The notes: generated by a model not told the origin, from the sequence alone. Counted from the stretch's first letter, positions 11,301 through 23,280 are shown. The stretch: DNA of 64,000 nt from Macrostomum lignano (GCA_002269645.1 NIVC01000139.1:124001-188000), one strand, 5' to 3'. Numbers and translations are program-made.

Positions 11301-12992
11301 CGTGAATGCTATCTGGGTTGAAGGAAGCACAGACTGACGGATTGAGCTCATCTTCCGTGTCGCTGGATTCTGCAAAGATCTATGTTTGGATTCACTACCC
11401 TTCGATCTTCTACTAACTTAGACAGATGCGCAGATTCAGTCAGTGGATACTCTCCCTCTGCAGATGAATAGATGAAGCTTTGGTATGTGCAATAACCACG
11501 GTGCACTGGATTCTGTCAGTCGAATCCCGGGAAATCCCTCCATATTTCTCCCGGCACAACCCACTTGGCTCAGCCCCAGGCCTTCCCTCAAACCTGCATC
11601 CATACAAATTGCATACCGAAACAAATATTTATAAATAATGTTTCGCTAAGTGCCCTGCATTCATTTTTTCCAATTCGACCCCTACAACCGTAGTTTCTGT
11701 GGCTGCAACTGTCCTCTGATTCCGAAGAAAGCTCACAGCAACTGAGGAAAGAAGAAGGCTAAGGAATTTTCCCCGTCTATGATAGGGGCAACCGTTGGTC
11801 AGAAGTTCCTTGCATCGTAAAACTGTCAGTACTGTGTCAAAAGGCCTGCAGGACAAGACGCTGCTTGACTGAGTGTGCGCACAGATTACGCTCGTATTGG
11901 GCACAAAAACAGGCAAGGCCTTAGAAGTTTCTGATAAAATGTGATGCTGCATCTCTGCGGCCAAGGAAAGTTAAGATTTCGATAGCGACAGCTACTTTAT
12001 AACAGTAATCTGTTTCAACTAAAATTGCAGTAAAAAGCCAGTTTATATTCGTGAACTTCAGAAAAACTTATAAGTATGACACACAGTAGCGCAACAAGAG
12101 ATTTGTTTAGGGGGCGGATTCTGGAGAGTAAGGAGCCAGGGGGGGGCGGAGGAGGGGGTGGCTCTGTATTTTAGCGAAAATTCGCTTGATCCCCCTTCGA
12201 ATTTTTTTCTGGCGACCGCCGCCCCTGATGAGACACTGGGTAAAGCTAAGCACATTATTGACCCCAAATCGGCTGTACAAGTCAAAGAACATTGGTGGCC
12301 ACCATCCGTCGGTCAATTATGAAAGCTCGTAGATACTGGCATTGGAAATCGCCTAATTGCCCGAGGAATATGCCGCTTACTATTGGCTCCTTGGAGAGGC
12401 TGCAAAAGAATGCAAGCTAGTCTTACTGTCAGAGTTAATAGGCCAGTGTACCCAAGGTCAAAGCCCGTACCATGGAACCAGACTTGACTTTAATGCATTC
12501 AACAACCAGTTAGAAAATCTAGCAAAAGCATCTGACTATGTGATTGGGGATGATTATGCCTCATGTACTCTGCCTGACTGCGTGTGATTCTGTCATACTC
12601 GTATTTTCTGATTCGATACAGGCGAAGCAGAGCAAACAGATTTATGCAACTAAAACTTCATGGAATTTTTAAATGACACGAATCGTAGTTGAATTAGGGT
12701 TTGAACTTTAGCGATGCTGCGCTAACAAAAACAAATCACGCTCCGAGCCTCGCTGGGCTACAGTAAATTATTAAATATACTCAGCAACAGTCGAAAGTTC
12801 CACCCACCAAGCGAGATGAAAATTTTCTCACATATTGCGACAAATTCTCACTCACAATCCAACCCTCAAGTTACGCAACTAAGCCGCGGCGAGGAAGGGA
12901 AAGTTGACTGTATCAATACTTGTAATGAACGTCAGTCGCACAAAATCCTAAAATTTTTTAATGCAATATTCAGTTTGAATCACGATGCTGAA

Positions 12993-13300
12993 TAACGCGT
13001 GTGAGATCCCCTCGCACGCAGAAGTGCGCGATTATGCGGGGCATCCCCATGATGAGGTTGGCGCAGAAAGTCCTGGAGAATCTGCTGCCAAGCGTTTTTA
13101 ATGCCATGACGCAGTTCCGCAACATTCTGTGGTGGATTCTCTTTTCGAATACTGCGTTTTAGGAAGTCTCAGACATGCTCAATGGGCTTCATGTCTGGGG
13201 ACTGGGAAGGCCAGCGCAGAGTGCGCAGCTGTAGCTGTTCTTTCAGTTGACTGACAGCATCGGCTTGGTGTGGCGGCGCGTTGTCCTCCTGGATCATTAA
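12993..13300 (-). pseudogene. Tc1-type transposase C-terminal fragment
   Basis: QEDNAPPH..RWPSQSPDMKPIEHV* resembles the QDNAPxH / WPxxSPDLNPIExxW motifs; stop replaces the W. Confidence 0.85.
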
Positions 13301-13823
13301 GCAGAGACCCAAGCCACCCCCAAGTGGCAATAAGCGTTGTGCGTGCCGTGCCATAAGTTGCGTCACTCGCAATAAGTGAAAAAATCATCTCACTTAGTGG
13401 GGTGGAACTTTTGACTGTTGTTGAGTATAGCTAGTGTCGATACAAAAAATGAAGCTTAAGCCAGGCTGCGCAGGCCGTGCATGCAGAGAGAGTACGTTCA
13501 CTAGCTTGCGTACATCGCATATTGAGTACATTGAAAGTGATTTTGGAGAGTTGGAGAAAGTAATTAATTGAGCGTGCATAATAGATTTGTCGAAGTTGAC
13601 AATTTACTAATAGAAGTGAGTTTATTGTAATTGATTATCGGGGCAGACAACAGATGAACAGAAGTGAAAGGTCAAGCCGCGAGTTGAACTTGTATTTATG
13701 CTAGCACAACGAACAGGTTAGCTGATATATCTGTGTTAAATTAACGGTTGGGATTGTCTGTGGCAAAGAGCTTAGTAGACTAGTAGACGAAGGGAGTCGG
13801 CTAACTGAAAAGTACGAGGCTGT

Positions 13824-15938
13824 ATGGCAAAGCAGAAAGCAGTGCTAGGACACCTGGTTTCTGTGGCAGCTAAGCAACGGATCAGTGTAGACAAAACAAG
13901 AACGGAGGCAAAACTGAAAAAACTCTGGTTTGAGAAGCAAGTCAAGCTTCAGGCTCCCAATTCTATCACCAACTTGTCAAGACATCAGCTAACGATCAAG
14001 GAACAGCACTGCCTGCAACGTGGACTTAGACACCCGATTCTTCCGGCTAAACTGAACAAACTTCACATTGCTGCTGAGTTTGAGACCTTGGTTAGTAAGT
14101 GCACTCCTCGTTCTTGTACTCAGGATGGGGGCCCGCACCGCTTGCATGACAATTTTAGGAATCGTTTGATTGTTGATTTTGACCAGTTTGTGTCTAGGGC
14201 TCAGAACAGCATTTCTAGTAAGCAGAACAGGCTTTTTCATCAGACGCTGAAGCAGCTTAAAGGGAATGACAATATCAAGGTTGTTGGCTATGACAAAGGC
14301 TACGGCGTTGCTATCATGGATAGTGATGACTACAGGAATAAGCTTAATTGCATTGTGCAGGATCAGGCTAAATTTCAATGTCTTGGAACTGTGAGTGAGG
14401 TCACTATGGCTCATCCTGTTCTCAAGGCTGAGAGATCTCTTCAGACTTTTTTGAGGACCCATGCCAAGCAGCATCTTAGCAATGAGATTCTTAAGCGCAT
14501 TATGCCGAATGGCAGCCAACCTGGCCAGCTGTACGGCCTTTGCAAAGTTCACAAACCTGACAAACCGCTGAGACCGATTGTGTCTACGATTAACACTGCT
14601 GAGTATGAACTGGCCAGATACTTGGATTCTCTGATCAAACCATGCATACCAAAGGAATTCTCCGTCAACTCTAATTGCCAGTTCATTCAAGCCTTGAGTC
14701 AAATCAGTCCGAAAAGTGAGGATTTTCTCTGCAGTTTTGACGTGACTTCGCTTTTTACCAATGTCCCTTTGAAGCTGGCTATTGACCTCGCCACTGATCA
14801 TGTGTACAATATGAATCCGCCTGGGTTACCAAAGACTGTGTTCAAAAAGTTGTTAGGCTTCGCTACCTCTGGCATCTTCATGTTTGATGACAAATATTAT
14901 CGCCAGATTGATGGTTGTGCCATGGGAAGCCCGCTTGCTCCTACTCTGGCCAATGTTTGCATGGCGCACTGGGAAACGGAGTGGATGTCGCTTGAGTGTG
15001 CGCTAACTTTCTACAAGCGCTATGTTGATGACACTTTTGTCATTTTTGATGACCGGGCTAAGTACCAAGAGTTTTTTCGGGCTCTGAATTCAACCCACAG
15101 CAACATCCAATTCACCGTTGAGATGGGAGGTAAAAAACTTCCGTTTCTCGATGTTGAGGTTGATCTGAGCAGTGGCCAAGTCTCTACTCGGGTTTATCGC
15201 AAGCCCACGTTTACTGGTTTACTGTTGAATTTCAATGCCCTCTGTCCGAAACAGTGGAATATTGGCCTGATCCATTGTATGCTGCACAGAGCTTACTCTC
15301 TGTGTAGTTCCTGGGCTGCGTTTGATGAGGAGGTGAAAAATTTGACTAGGATTTTCAGTATGAACGGATACCCAAAAAATCTCATTAGTTGGTTGATTTT
15401 CAAGTTTGTCACTGATAAGGTTACTGGCAGACTGCAACAGAATCATAGTAAAAAGCCGGATGACCCCGTGATGATCTTGCCGTTCTATGGTATCCCGTCT
15501 ATCTTGTTGAAAAAGAAGCTTGAGAGATCTTTTCGGAAATGGTACAACACTCCGATTAGGATTGTCTTTCGCACTGCCAAGGTGGGTCAATTTGTCAGCA
15601 ATCTAAAGTCCCGTGTTCCTCGTGCTCTAGTTGCAGGTGTCGTCTATAAATTTTGTTGTTCTGAAGATCAGAATATCTCTTACGTGGGAAAAACCAAAAG
15701 ACACCTGCACACCAGAGTTAGGGAGCATTGGCTGAAAAAATCTGCTATCCAGGACCACCTTCTGGAATGCAAGGGCTGCTGTGACAGAGAACAGATTGAA
15801 TTGTTCAAAATTATCGACCGTGCTAACTCTGAATTCAAGCTTAGCATTCTTGAAGCGCTGCACATCAAAGCTCAAAATCCCAGTCTCAATGTGCAATTGC
15901 TACATAGTGGTGCGGGCCACCTTCTTAGGGTGTTTTGA
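13824..15938 (+). CDS. Penelope-like RT plus C-terminal GIY-YIG endonuclease, 704 aa, uninterrupted
   Basis: YGLCKVHK..PLRPIVS..SFDVTSLFTNVP..GCAMGSPLAP..KRYVDDTF..LPFLDV..YRKPT (PLE RT); GVVYKF..YVGKT.R.L.TR..EH..LEALHI...NPSLN (GIY-YIG). Confidence 0.96.
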   Translation: MAKQKAVLGHLVSVAAKQRISVDKTRTEAKLKKLWFEKQVKLQAPNSITNLSRHQLTIKEQHCLQRGLRHPILPAKLNKLHIAAEFETLVSKCTPRSCTQDGGPHRLHDNFRNRLIVDFDQFVSRAQNSISSKQNRLFHQTLKQLKGNDNIKVVGYDKGYGVAIMDSDDYRNKLNCIVQDQAKFQCLGTVSEVTMAHPVLKAERSLQTFLRTHAKQHLSNEILKRIMPNGSQPGQLYGLCKVHKPDKPLRPIVSTINTAEYELARYLDSLIKPCIPKEFSVNSNCQFIQALSQISPKSEDFLCSFDVTSLFTNVPLKLAIDLATDHVYNMNPPGLPKTVFKKLLGFATSGIFMFDDKYYRQIDGCAMGSPLAPTLANVCMAHWETEWMSLECALTFYKRYVDDTFVIFDDRAKYQEFFRALNSTHSNIQFTVEMGGKKLPFLDVEVDLSSGQVSTRVYRKPTFTGLLLNFNALCPKQWNIGLIHCMLHRAYSLCSSWAAFDEEVKNLTRIFSMNGYPKNLISWLIFKFVTDKVTGRLQQNHSKKPDDPVMILPFYGIPSILLKKKLERSFRKWYNTPIRIVFRTAKVGQFVSNLKSRVPRALVAGVVYKFCCSEDQNISYVGKTKRHLHTRVREHWLKKSAIQDHLLECKGCCDREQIELFKIIDRANSEFKLSILEALHIKAQNPSLNVQLLHSGAGHLLRVF

Positions 15939-16148
15939 GTTTGACTATTTTTTGGTGCGCGTACATTTGTTTTTTTTACATCTGTTTGCCTTCTCTCTCT
16001 CTCTCTCTCTCATTATTCTCGCTTAACTCCAACCCCTAGTTTTTTATGTTTTTCGTACATTGGTTACCCTCCCGTTTTCAATTTGACACTTGAGATAGTA
16101 CAATCGTTTGCATATTTATATTGAGTGTTTCGTTCAGTGATAAAATAT

Positions 16149-16186
16149 ACCCTGACGACGGCCCTAGTGGGTTGAAACGCGTTGGT
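16149..16186 (+). ncRNA. Minimal type I hammerhead ribozyme in the Penelope 3' UTR
   Basis: ACC-CUGACGA-C-GGCCC(UAGU)GGGUU-GAAAC-GC-GUU-GGU: conserved CUGANGA and GAAA cores, 5-bp stem II, palindromic ACGCGU stem III, 3-bp stem I. Confidence 0.85.
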
Positions 16187-16859
16187 TTTCGCCATAAATG
16201 TTGATCTTAAGCTTTATTTATTTGCTATTAATTAAGCGAGCAACTCTACCACAAAGCAGAAAGTACGCTCGTACAAATATTTGGAGGATGGAAATCTGAC
16301 AAGAGTACCCACTAATAATAGAGAAAGTAGCACTTTCCGCCACTCGAATGATTGGCTTTGGAAAATAATTAAAGAACTTTGTGGCGGTCGTCTATACTTA
16401 ATTGGTGCAGCACAAGTGCACCGGCCCGCTAACACTGGTTCACTTGGCTAGCTAACTGCATCAACCCTCAGATGGTCACATGGAGTTGACTCACGCTACT
16501 TAATGCACTCTGATTGGGCAGCACCTCGCTGCCCTCGCTCTCTCTATATAATCTAAATAAATCGCGCGACTTCATTTTGCTTTCTTAACTTGGGCCTCGC
16601 CCAATATAGGTGAGCCGCCAAAATTTGCTAAAATATTTTCGGTAATGAACTCTGTCGAAAGTTAAGTGATATAGCGTTTTACATAATGCATATTATATAC
16701 TTTTCCCCCAATCAAAGAAAGTTTTGGATTGCACTGTTAAGGCTTGAAGGGTGAGAGTTTTGCTGGCGTCAGTCTGGTCACACTACGAATCTCCAAGTAG
16801 GGCCAGATCGCTACCAGTACGAGTACAAGAGCCGCGCGCATCACACAATAACGTAGACG

Positions 16860-19130
16860 AAGAGCGCTGCCAGCAGCAGCTACAGCATCAGCTACAGCAT
16901 CAGCTACATCACCAGCTACAGCATCAGCCCGCGGTCATGGTAGGAGCCTCTTCACGGCGACCCGGACCCATCCTCCGGATTGGGAGACAAATGCCACCCG
17001 TACAGGCCCCCACGCCGGCCTCGGGTCTCGGACCCGGCCCGTCGGTGGTGGCCGTGGAGTGCCGCTTCCCAACTTCAGCCAGTGCCTGTTATCGTCAGCA
17101 CCTGCAGCTTGCGCCTCAGCCGCTCCGGGGACATCGAGAGCAACTCCAGCCCTGACTCCGTCGTTGCCTCTGCCCGCTGTGACCGCTGCTCGCGGGCTTT
17201 GTGCTCCGAAACGCCCGGTCTGGCTTGCGCCGCCCCTCACTGCAGCAGCACCTGCCACCGTCAACCCTCGTGCAGCGGAATCTGCCGTGCTCAGTCGCCT
17301 GCCATCTGGTTCTGCCACCTGCATCGAACTACCAACCGTCCCCCGCTCACGCCCAACCCCACTGTGAGCTGCCTGTGCACCTCCTGCACCCTCTGCGGCG
17401 GCCAGCTTCGTAGGGGGGCCCGCCACCCCCACATCTACCGGCTGTAGCGCGGCCTGTCACTGCGACTGCAGCGGGTCCTCGCGTTACCGGCGTGACGCCT
17501 CCTGGCGGTGCCCGTCTCACAAGCCTGCGGCCGCGACCCGGACCTCCTTCACGGACAGCCCGCGGCCCGCCCAGACGGCCACCCTGGCCGACCCACCCAC
17601 CAAATGCTGCCTCTACCACAGATGCATTCGGTCCAACACCGCGCCTCTTCGCTGAGTTACCTGCAGTCGCACCGCCCACAAAGCGTGCTCCAGCGGATCA
17701 TAACCAACGACCCTGAGGCCCGGAACTGGCAATTTAAAAGTTTCGTGGGTTCCACGCCCCCCCCCCCTGCTGCGGTCCCGAACATCCCAGTCGCCCCGCC
17801 GACCAGCAGCCCTGTGGGGCAAACCCCGGATCCTTCAATGGAACGCGGAAGGCATCTGGCCCAAGCCCTCCGAGCTTAGCACCGCTCTGATCAACCTGAA
17901 TGTCGACATTGCTGTCATCCAAGAAATTAAACTCCGGCACTAGGGCAATTTCAAACCATCGCAAGGTTTCGCCGCCGTCCGCCTGGACCGCACCGATGGG
18001 TGGGCCAGCGGGGGCGCTCTTTACGCTCATTATCCACCGGATGGATACCTTTCTCCTTGCCATCGCCGCCGACGGCACCAGCGACGCCCCAGAAGTCCAC
18101 ACCAGTGGCCGCAGCGGGTTTCTCATCGTCAACCTCTACGCCCCGCCGACTAGGGACCACTGGGAGCAGGCCGCCGCTGACAAATCACCGCCCACCTGGC
18201 AGCTGCTGCGAGCGGGCGGACGGACGCTGATCTGCGGCGACTTTAACGCCCATTCCCCTTCTTGTGGGACCCTGTGCAGCCACCCGACGCCCGGGGCGAA
18301 GCCCTAGAAGAGGAGTAGCTCCTGAACAATAACATTACCTGCAATGACGGTGCGGCAACCCACGTCAATCGCAACACCGGCGGGCTCAGCTCCGCGGACC
18401 TGACCATTGCGCATCCCCGGTTGGCCAACTGCACCGACTGGTCGGTCGGGGAGGACCCGGGCTCCGATCAACTGCCTATTGTGGTCCAGCAGCAGCTGTC
18501 TGGACGCCCGCCTGACGTCGCCCCCCTCAACCGCCTCCGCTGGCGGACCAAGAGTGCGGATTGGACGGCCTTCGCGACCTTGCTGAAGTATTCCTTGACT
18601 ACGGAGGAGTCCGAGGGCTCCTTGCATTCCAAGGTCGTCCACCTCTAGTTTGCCATCACGTCGGCGGTATCTGAGTGCATCGGAAAGTTCATCAACAAAC
18701 ACAGCAGCAAGCCATGGATGAACCGACGCTCCGTGCTGCCATAAAACTCCGCAACCGTCTGGGCAACGCTGGTCCTCCCAAGCGCACGGAGTGGGTCGCC
18801 GCCTGCCAGGAAGCTGGCCGCCTCTCGCGGGAAGCCAAAGAGCAGTACTGGGCCGACTTCCTCGACGAACTCGAAGCGAGCCCTGATCTCCAGAAGACTA
18901 GGAGAGTCATTTGCTCCCTGAGTAGCAGCAATGGTACTACTGCCCCCAATGCTGCCCACTCCGTCAATGGCAAAATTGTTGTCAAGAACGCTGCCAAAGC
19001 CGACCACTTCATGCAGCATTACAGCGCGGTCAACCCGCTGTCATTTTCCACCGCTGATCGCCGGATCAACCGTCAAACCCGCAAAATTCTCGGCAGGGCC
19101 ATCGCGGCTGCCCGCAGGGTCCGCCTGTTG
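16860..19130 (+). mobile_element. 5' half of a decayed APE-type LINE (I group, Ingi/Nimb-like): 2A-like peptide, PHD-like Cys/His cluster, AP endonuclease
   Basis: GDIESNSSP; CDRC..C...HC...CH....C..WFCHLH; NVDIAVIQEIKL, IVNLYAPP, LICGDFNAHS, GSDQLPI across several frameshifts and stops. Confidence 0.8.
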
Positions 19131-21400
19131 GTGATGTCATGGCAGCCCGTAATTATGCGAGCGCATTTATTCTGTTCAGCTTCCTCCTGTTTGTAGCGGC
19201 TCGTAAGGGCCGCATGGTTGAAGTAGATTGAAGAGCCATAGTCTAAGATGGATCGGATGTAGGCGGTTTAAGCAGCTCGGAAGTTTTTGCCTGCGACGGC
19301 CAGCAGGCAGTTTCGGCGATTTGCTATCTTGGATTTGACCAAGTCGAGGTGGCTGGAAAAGGTCAACTGGTCGTCGAACTTGAGACACAAGAACGTAGGT
19401 TCTGCTTCGTAGCGTAGGGGCTCGGTCTTGATACAGATCGCAGGACGCACTTTACCGCCTCACTCCGCTGAGTTGAGTGTAAATGAGGTGAAGCTGCACT
19501 TATGGGTGCTCAACTGGACTTTCCAGCGTTCAGTCCAGCTAACGATGGCTTCGAGGGCCGGCTGGTCGCGGTCCACGCACACTCTACCAGGCTTCTGCCA
19601 GTGGTCAGGATTGCCGTGTCGTCAGCGAAGTGGGATCGGAGCACCCTGTCGTCGAGGCCGTCGTCGATATCATTGACATAGATCAGCCAGAGGAGGGGTG
19701 CGAAAAACGAACCTTGGGGGAGGCCGTCAGTGAAAACTCTCCAGTTTGAGCAGGTACCGTCCCAGGGAACTCTGGCGCAGCGGTCTGAGAGTAGGTTCTT
19801 GACGAATCGGATGACATGGGCCGGGATGCCAAGCCTGGCCATTTTAGCGTACAGGCCAGATCGCCAAACTCGATCCAGAAGTGTAGAAGGATCAGGATGG
19901 CGCGTTCGGGCTTGCCTTGCTTAAGAGCATCGAAGATACCCTGGGTAATGCGGGCCAGTTGGTCGATGGTGGAGTGGCCCTTGCGGAAACCGGCCTGGTT
20001 TTTGTTGAACAGGTTGCGTGATTCGAGCCAGTGGAACAGGTGGTTCTGGAGGCTGCGCTTGGCTAGCTTGGCGATGCAGCTAAGCAGCGAGATTGGTCTG
20101 TACAAATCAGGTCTTTCCCTTTCTTTTGGATAGCGTTATTTTGGCGCGCCTGCAAGCAGCAGGAGTGGTGCCAGCAATCATTGATGAGTTCTAGGAGGCG
20201 GCTTTTTCCGAGCGGGGAGGCTTGACCTAGCAGCTCATTGCAGATGTCATCCGGGCCCGGGGCTTTCCCGTTGTTGTGCTGTTTGATGGTTAGCTCAAGT
20301 TCAATGTTGGATATCGGGCTACAAATTTCAGAACGGGTGAAGTTCAGGACTGTGCGGCGCGCCTCATGGATGATGGGGAAGTCCTCGGTCTTGTTCTTAG
20401 GAATTCTGGAGACTTCCGCATAGGCTCCGCAGAAGAGCTCCGCATTCTCTCGGGCTGTAACCGCGAGTGGATTAGTCGGGGGGATGTTGCCGTGGGCCGG
20501 TCGTTCGAAGGCTGCAGCCGGCTTGGAGTTGGGGATGCGCCCATCGAAGCATTTAATCAGGCTCCACATGTCACCATCCGGTCTCATCGTGCTGAGCCGC
20601 TCGCGGAAGTCGAGCTTTCTTTTCCTCTCTGATGAATCGAGTGGCCTCCTGTTTGAGATCAGAGTACAGGCGGATGTTATCCAGGGTCATCAAGACGTTC
20701 TATCATGAGGAGGCGACTTTCTTCGCGACGATCGGCTGCCTCCTGGCATTGTTCATTCCAGAAGGGCTGCCGCTTGCGGGGGCCGTTACCAAAGGGGATG
20801 GCCAAGCGGGCCGCGCCGGTCAGAGCCCTGTTGATGAGGCGGTTGCGGCGTTCGGCAGAGCAGTGCGCAGAGTTGAGCAGGTTCTCAATTCTTGCCAGTC
20901 TGGAGTCAAGGTCAGTCCGAAAGGCCTGCCAGTCGGCCTTTTTGAAGTTGAAGCGGCTGGTGGATCGGTGGCGTCGAAGTTGGCCAGCATCGGTAGATGG
21001 TCAGAGCCGATGCCTCCAAGAGTACGGAGTAGAGTACGGCGCCGGTCGCTGGATTAAGGCAGGTGTAAGCTCCGTCATTGAGAATCGACAGGCTGCAGTT
21101 GGTGGTCCATTCTTCAATCGCACTACCTAGCTGGTCCTCACGTTGATAGGATCCCAGCAGGTGGCGTGAGCGTTGAGGTCACCTGCGATGAGGGTGCGGG
21201 GGCCGGAGATGATCACGCCCGGGCTAAAGGTGGCCTTAATGTCCTCACGGATATTGCGGCGTGCAGGTGGGACATGGATGTTGAGATCACGGTCGGTTGC
21301 GCTATCTTCTCATGAGTGTGAGTGCATCCGGAACAATTTGTGCGGGTCGCACCACGACGCCACCCCCACGGGAAGGGTGTTCCGTTGGTAGGCCTCAGAT
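19130..21400 (-). mobile_element. Antisense internal fragment of a second LINE (end of endonuclease, RT, post-RT), truncated at both ends
   Basis: IAGDLNAH..GSDH; KAPGPDDI; YRPISLLSCIAKL..QAGFRKGHST; GLPQGS..PLLW.IYVND..FADD; FDDQLTFSSH..QNKCARIITGC, all on the minus strand and frameshifted. Confidence 0.85.
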
Positions 21401-21419
21401 CCTGCTCTAGGGCACGCCC

Positions 21420-22897
21420 CTGTCTGTGGTCCCCAACCCGCGCTTCTTTAGCGTCATCCTCGACAGGAAGCTAAGTTTCGGTCCCCACGTCTGTGACGTC
21501 ATTGCCAAGGCTCGTGCCCACTGTAACGTGCTGGCCACTCTTGCCAATCAGGACTGGGGCTGGCGCAAGGAGAAGTTCCAGACCGTCTTTAACGCGCTCA
21601 TTAATCAGTGATGGACTATGTCGCACCGGCCTGGCAGCCGTGGATCAGTAAATCTCGCCGCGACGAGCTCGAGCGCACCTAGAACCACGCCCTCCACCGC
21701 ATTACCGGCCAGCTGCAGACTACGCCGGTCGAGGCTTTCCGGCTGGCGGCCGGTGTTGTCAGCTACGGCATGCACGCCAGGCGCCTTCTCGCGTGGTCGT
21801 GGGAGAAATGCTTCCCAACGAACACCCGCGGCGCCGCGCCGCCTCGGGGACCACCATCCATCGCCTCGTTTGCCCCAGCTGGCGGCTTGCGGCTACGCAG
21901 CTCAACTGCCGACCAACATCGATCATCGTCAACCTTTCTTCCCGTAGAGCGCGCGCCTACCCCCTCCCAGCCTCTCGGGAGGCTCCGCAACCTATCGACG
22001 TCCGCCACGCCAATCGAACCGGACCTCATCCGCAGCGCCGCCACCGATCGCATCCGGGAACTCGTTGGCTCGCTGTCCCAACCGGCCTGGACAGTCTAAC
22101 ACCGACGGCTCCGCGAACGGAGGCACGATCGCCGGGGGCCACGCCTTCGGTCATCCATGCCGAGGCCCGCCGCAGCTCGCCCGTCACGTCCAGTTTCGAC
22201 GAGGAAGTCGCCGCTCTGATCGCCGCCCTGGAATGGGCGCACGCCAGCTCCAGCACCTCCCATCTGTTGTCATCTGCTCGGACAGCCGCAGCCTGGTCGA
22301 CGCGCTCGCTGCCAACAACCGTGGTATCGGCCACGCCCTGCTGGCGCTGGCCCTGACTGACGCGGACATCGCCGTCTAATGGGTGCCCGGCCACTGCGGC
22401 ATCCCTGGCAACGAGCACGCTGACCGTTTGGCTAAAGCGGGCTGTGCCTTGTCCACTCCAGCCGCCTCCGTCTCGTTCTGTGCCGCTTCTGCTGTCTGTC
22501 AGCGAGTCCTCAGAGACCCACCGGCGGCCCATGAACGCATCCGGGATGTCTATCAGCACGTTTCAGCAGCCCGCGACCGTGAGATCGCCACCTCGCGGGC
22601 TGATGAGAAGCTACTGGCCCAACTCCGCTCCGGCCACGCCACGGCACTCAGGGCCTACCATGTCGTCCAGAATCCGGCCGTGCCCGCCACTTGCGACCGG
22701 TGCGCCGAGGAGGACGATACCATTTTCCACTGGCTCTGCGACTGCGGCCCTCTACACCAGACGAAAGCAGATTTTTGGCACCCCGCGGCCCCCACTGTCG
22801 ATCCTGGGTTCGGATCCAGCCATCACGCGAGGAGCTAGCCTGTACTCGTACGCACGCACGCACAGCATCAGCAAGATACTCGTAATTCAATAAAAAC
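21420..22897 (+). mobile_element. 3' half of an RNase H-bearing LINE
   Basis: ILDRKLSFGPHV; TDGSANGG; EEVAAL; ICSDSRS; VPGHCGIPGNEHADRLAK (RNase H); LAQLRSGH..CDRC..TIFHWLCDC; A-rich end near 22890. Confidence 0.85.
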
Positions 22898-23280
22898 TAA
22901 GACAAAATTAGCCCCGAGGATTCCGACGTACAAACAGTTCTAATAAATTTTCCAAAAATACCCACTATCTTTGCTTAGATTTCATGGAGTTTTTCGACAC
23001 TCGTGATACCAACCATGGCCATAAGCTATCCAAAAAAGTAGGATAGAGCATACGACGGACGCCGAACCCTTTTTGGTGTTCATAGTCAGCTCTGTTCAGC
23101 TTGCTAGCTGAAATTTGAATCAATTTATGGTTTGCGATCGCACAAAAACTAAAATCCCGCCAACCACTTCTTATATTAGCACATTTCTGTGTAAAATTTT
23201 CTCGTCCAACCTCGTACTGGCTGCATTCACTCATCAGTTTGCATTCGCTCACCAAAGCTATTGCCCCAACCCGTCCACAG

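Larger units (their letters stand above)
13600..16240 (+). mobile_element. Penelope-like retroelement (boundaries approximate)
   Basis: Long RT + GIY-YIG ORF followed by a T-rich 3' UTR containing a hammerhead motif. Confidence 0.85.

Noticed and set aside
13770-13823. Selenocysteine (TGA) read-through extending the Penelope ORF upstream
   Set aside because: The in-frame TGA at 13806 is followed upstream by an in-frame TAG at 13776, so read-through would add almost nothing.
16772-16808. HDV-like ribozyme at the LINE 5' end
   Set aside because: A 7-bp P1 (GUCUGGU/GCCAGAU) around a small hairpin is possible, but the loop is too long and I could not find P1.1, P2 or the catalytic C context.
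16751-17155. Poly-Q/H ORF as a host gene
   Set aside because: Arises from a CAGCTACAGCAT microsatellite at the LINE 5' region; no other support.
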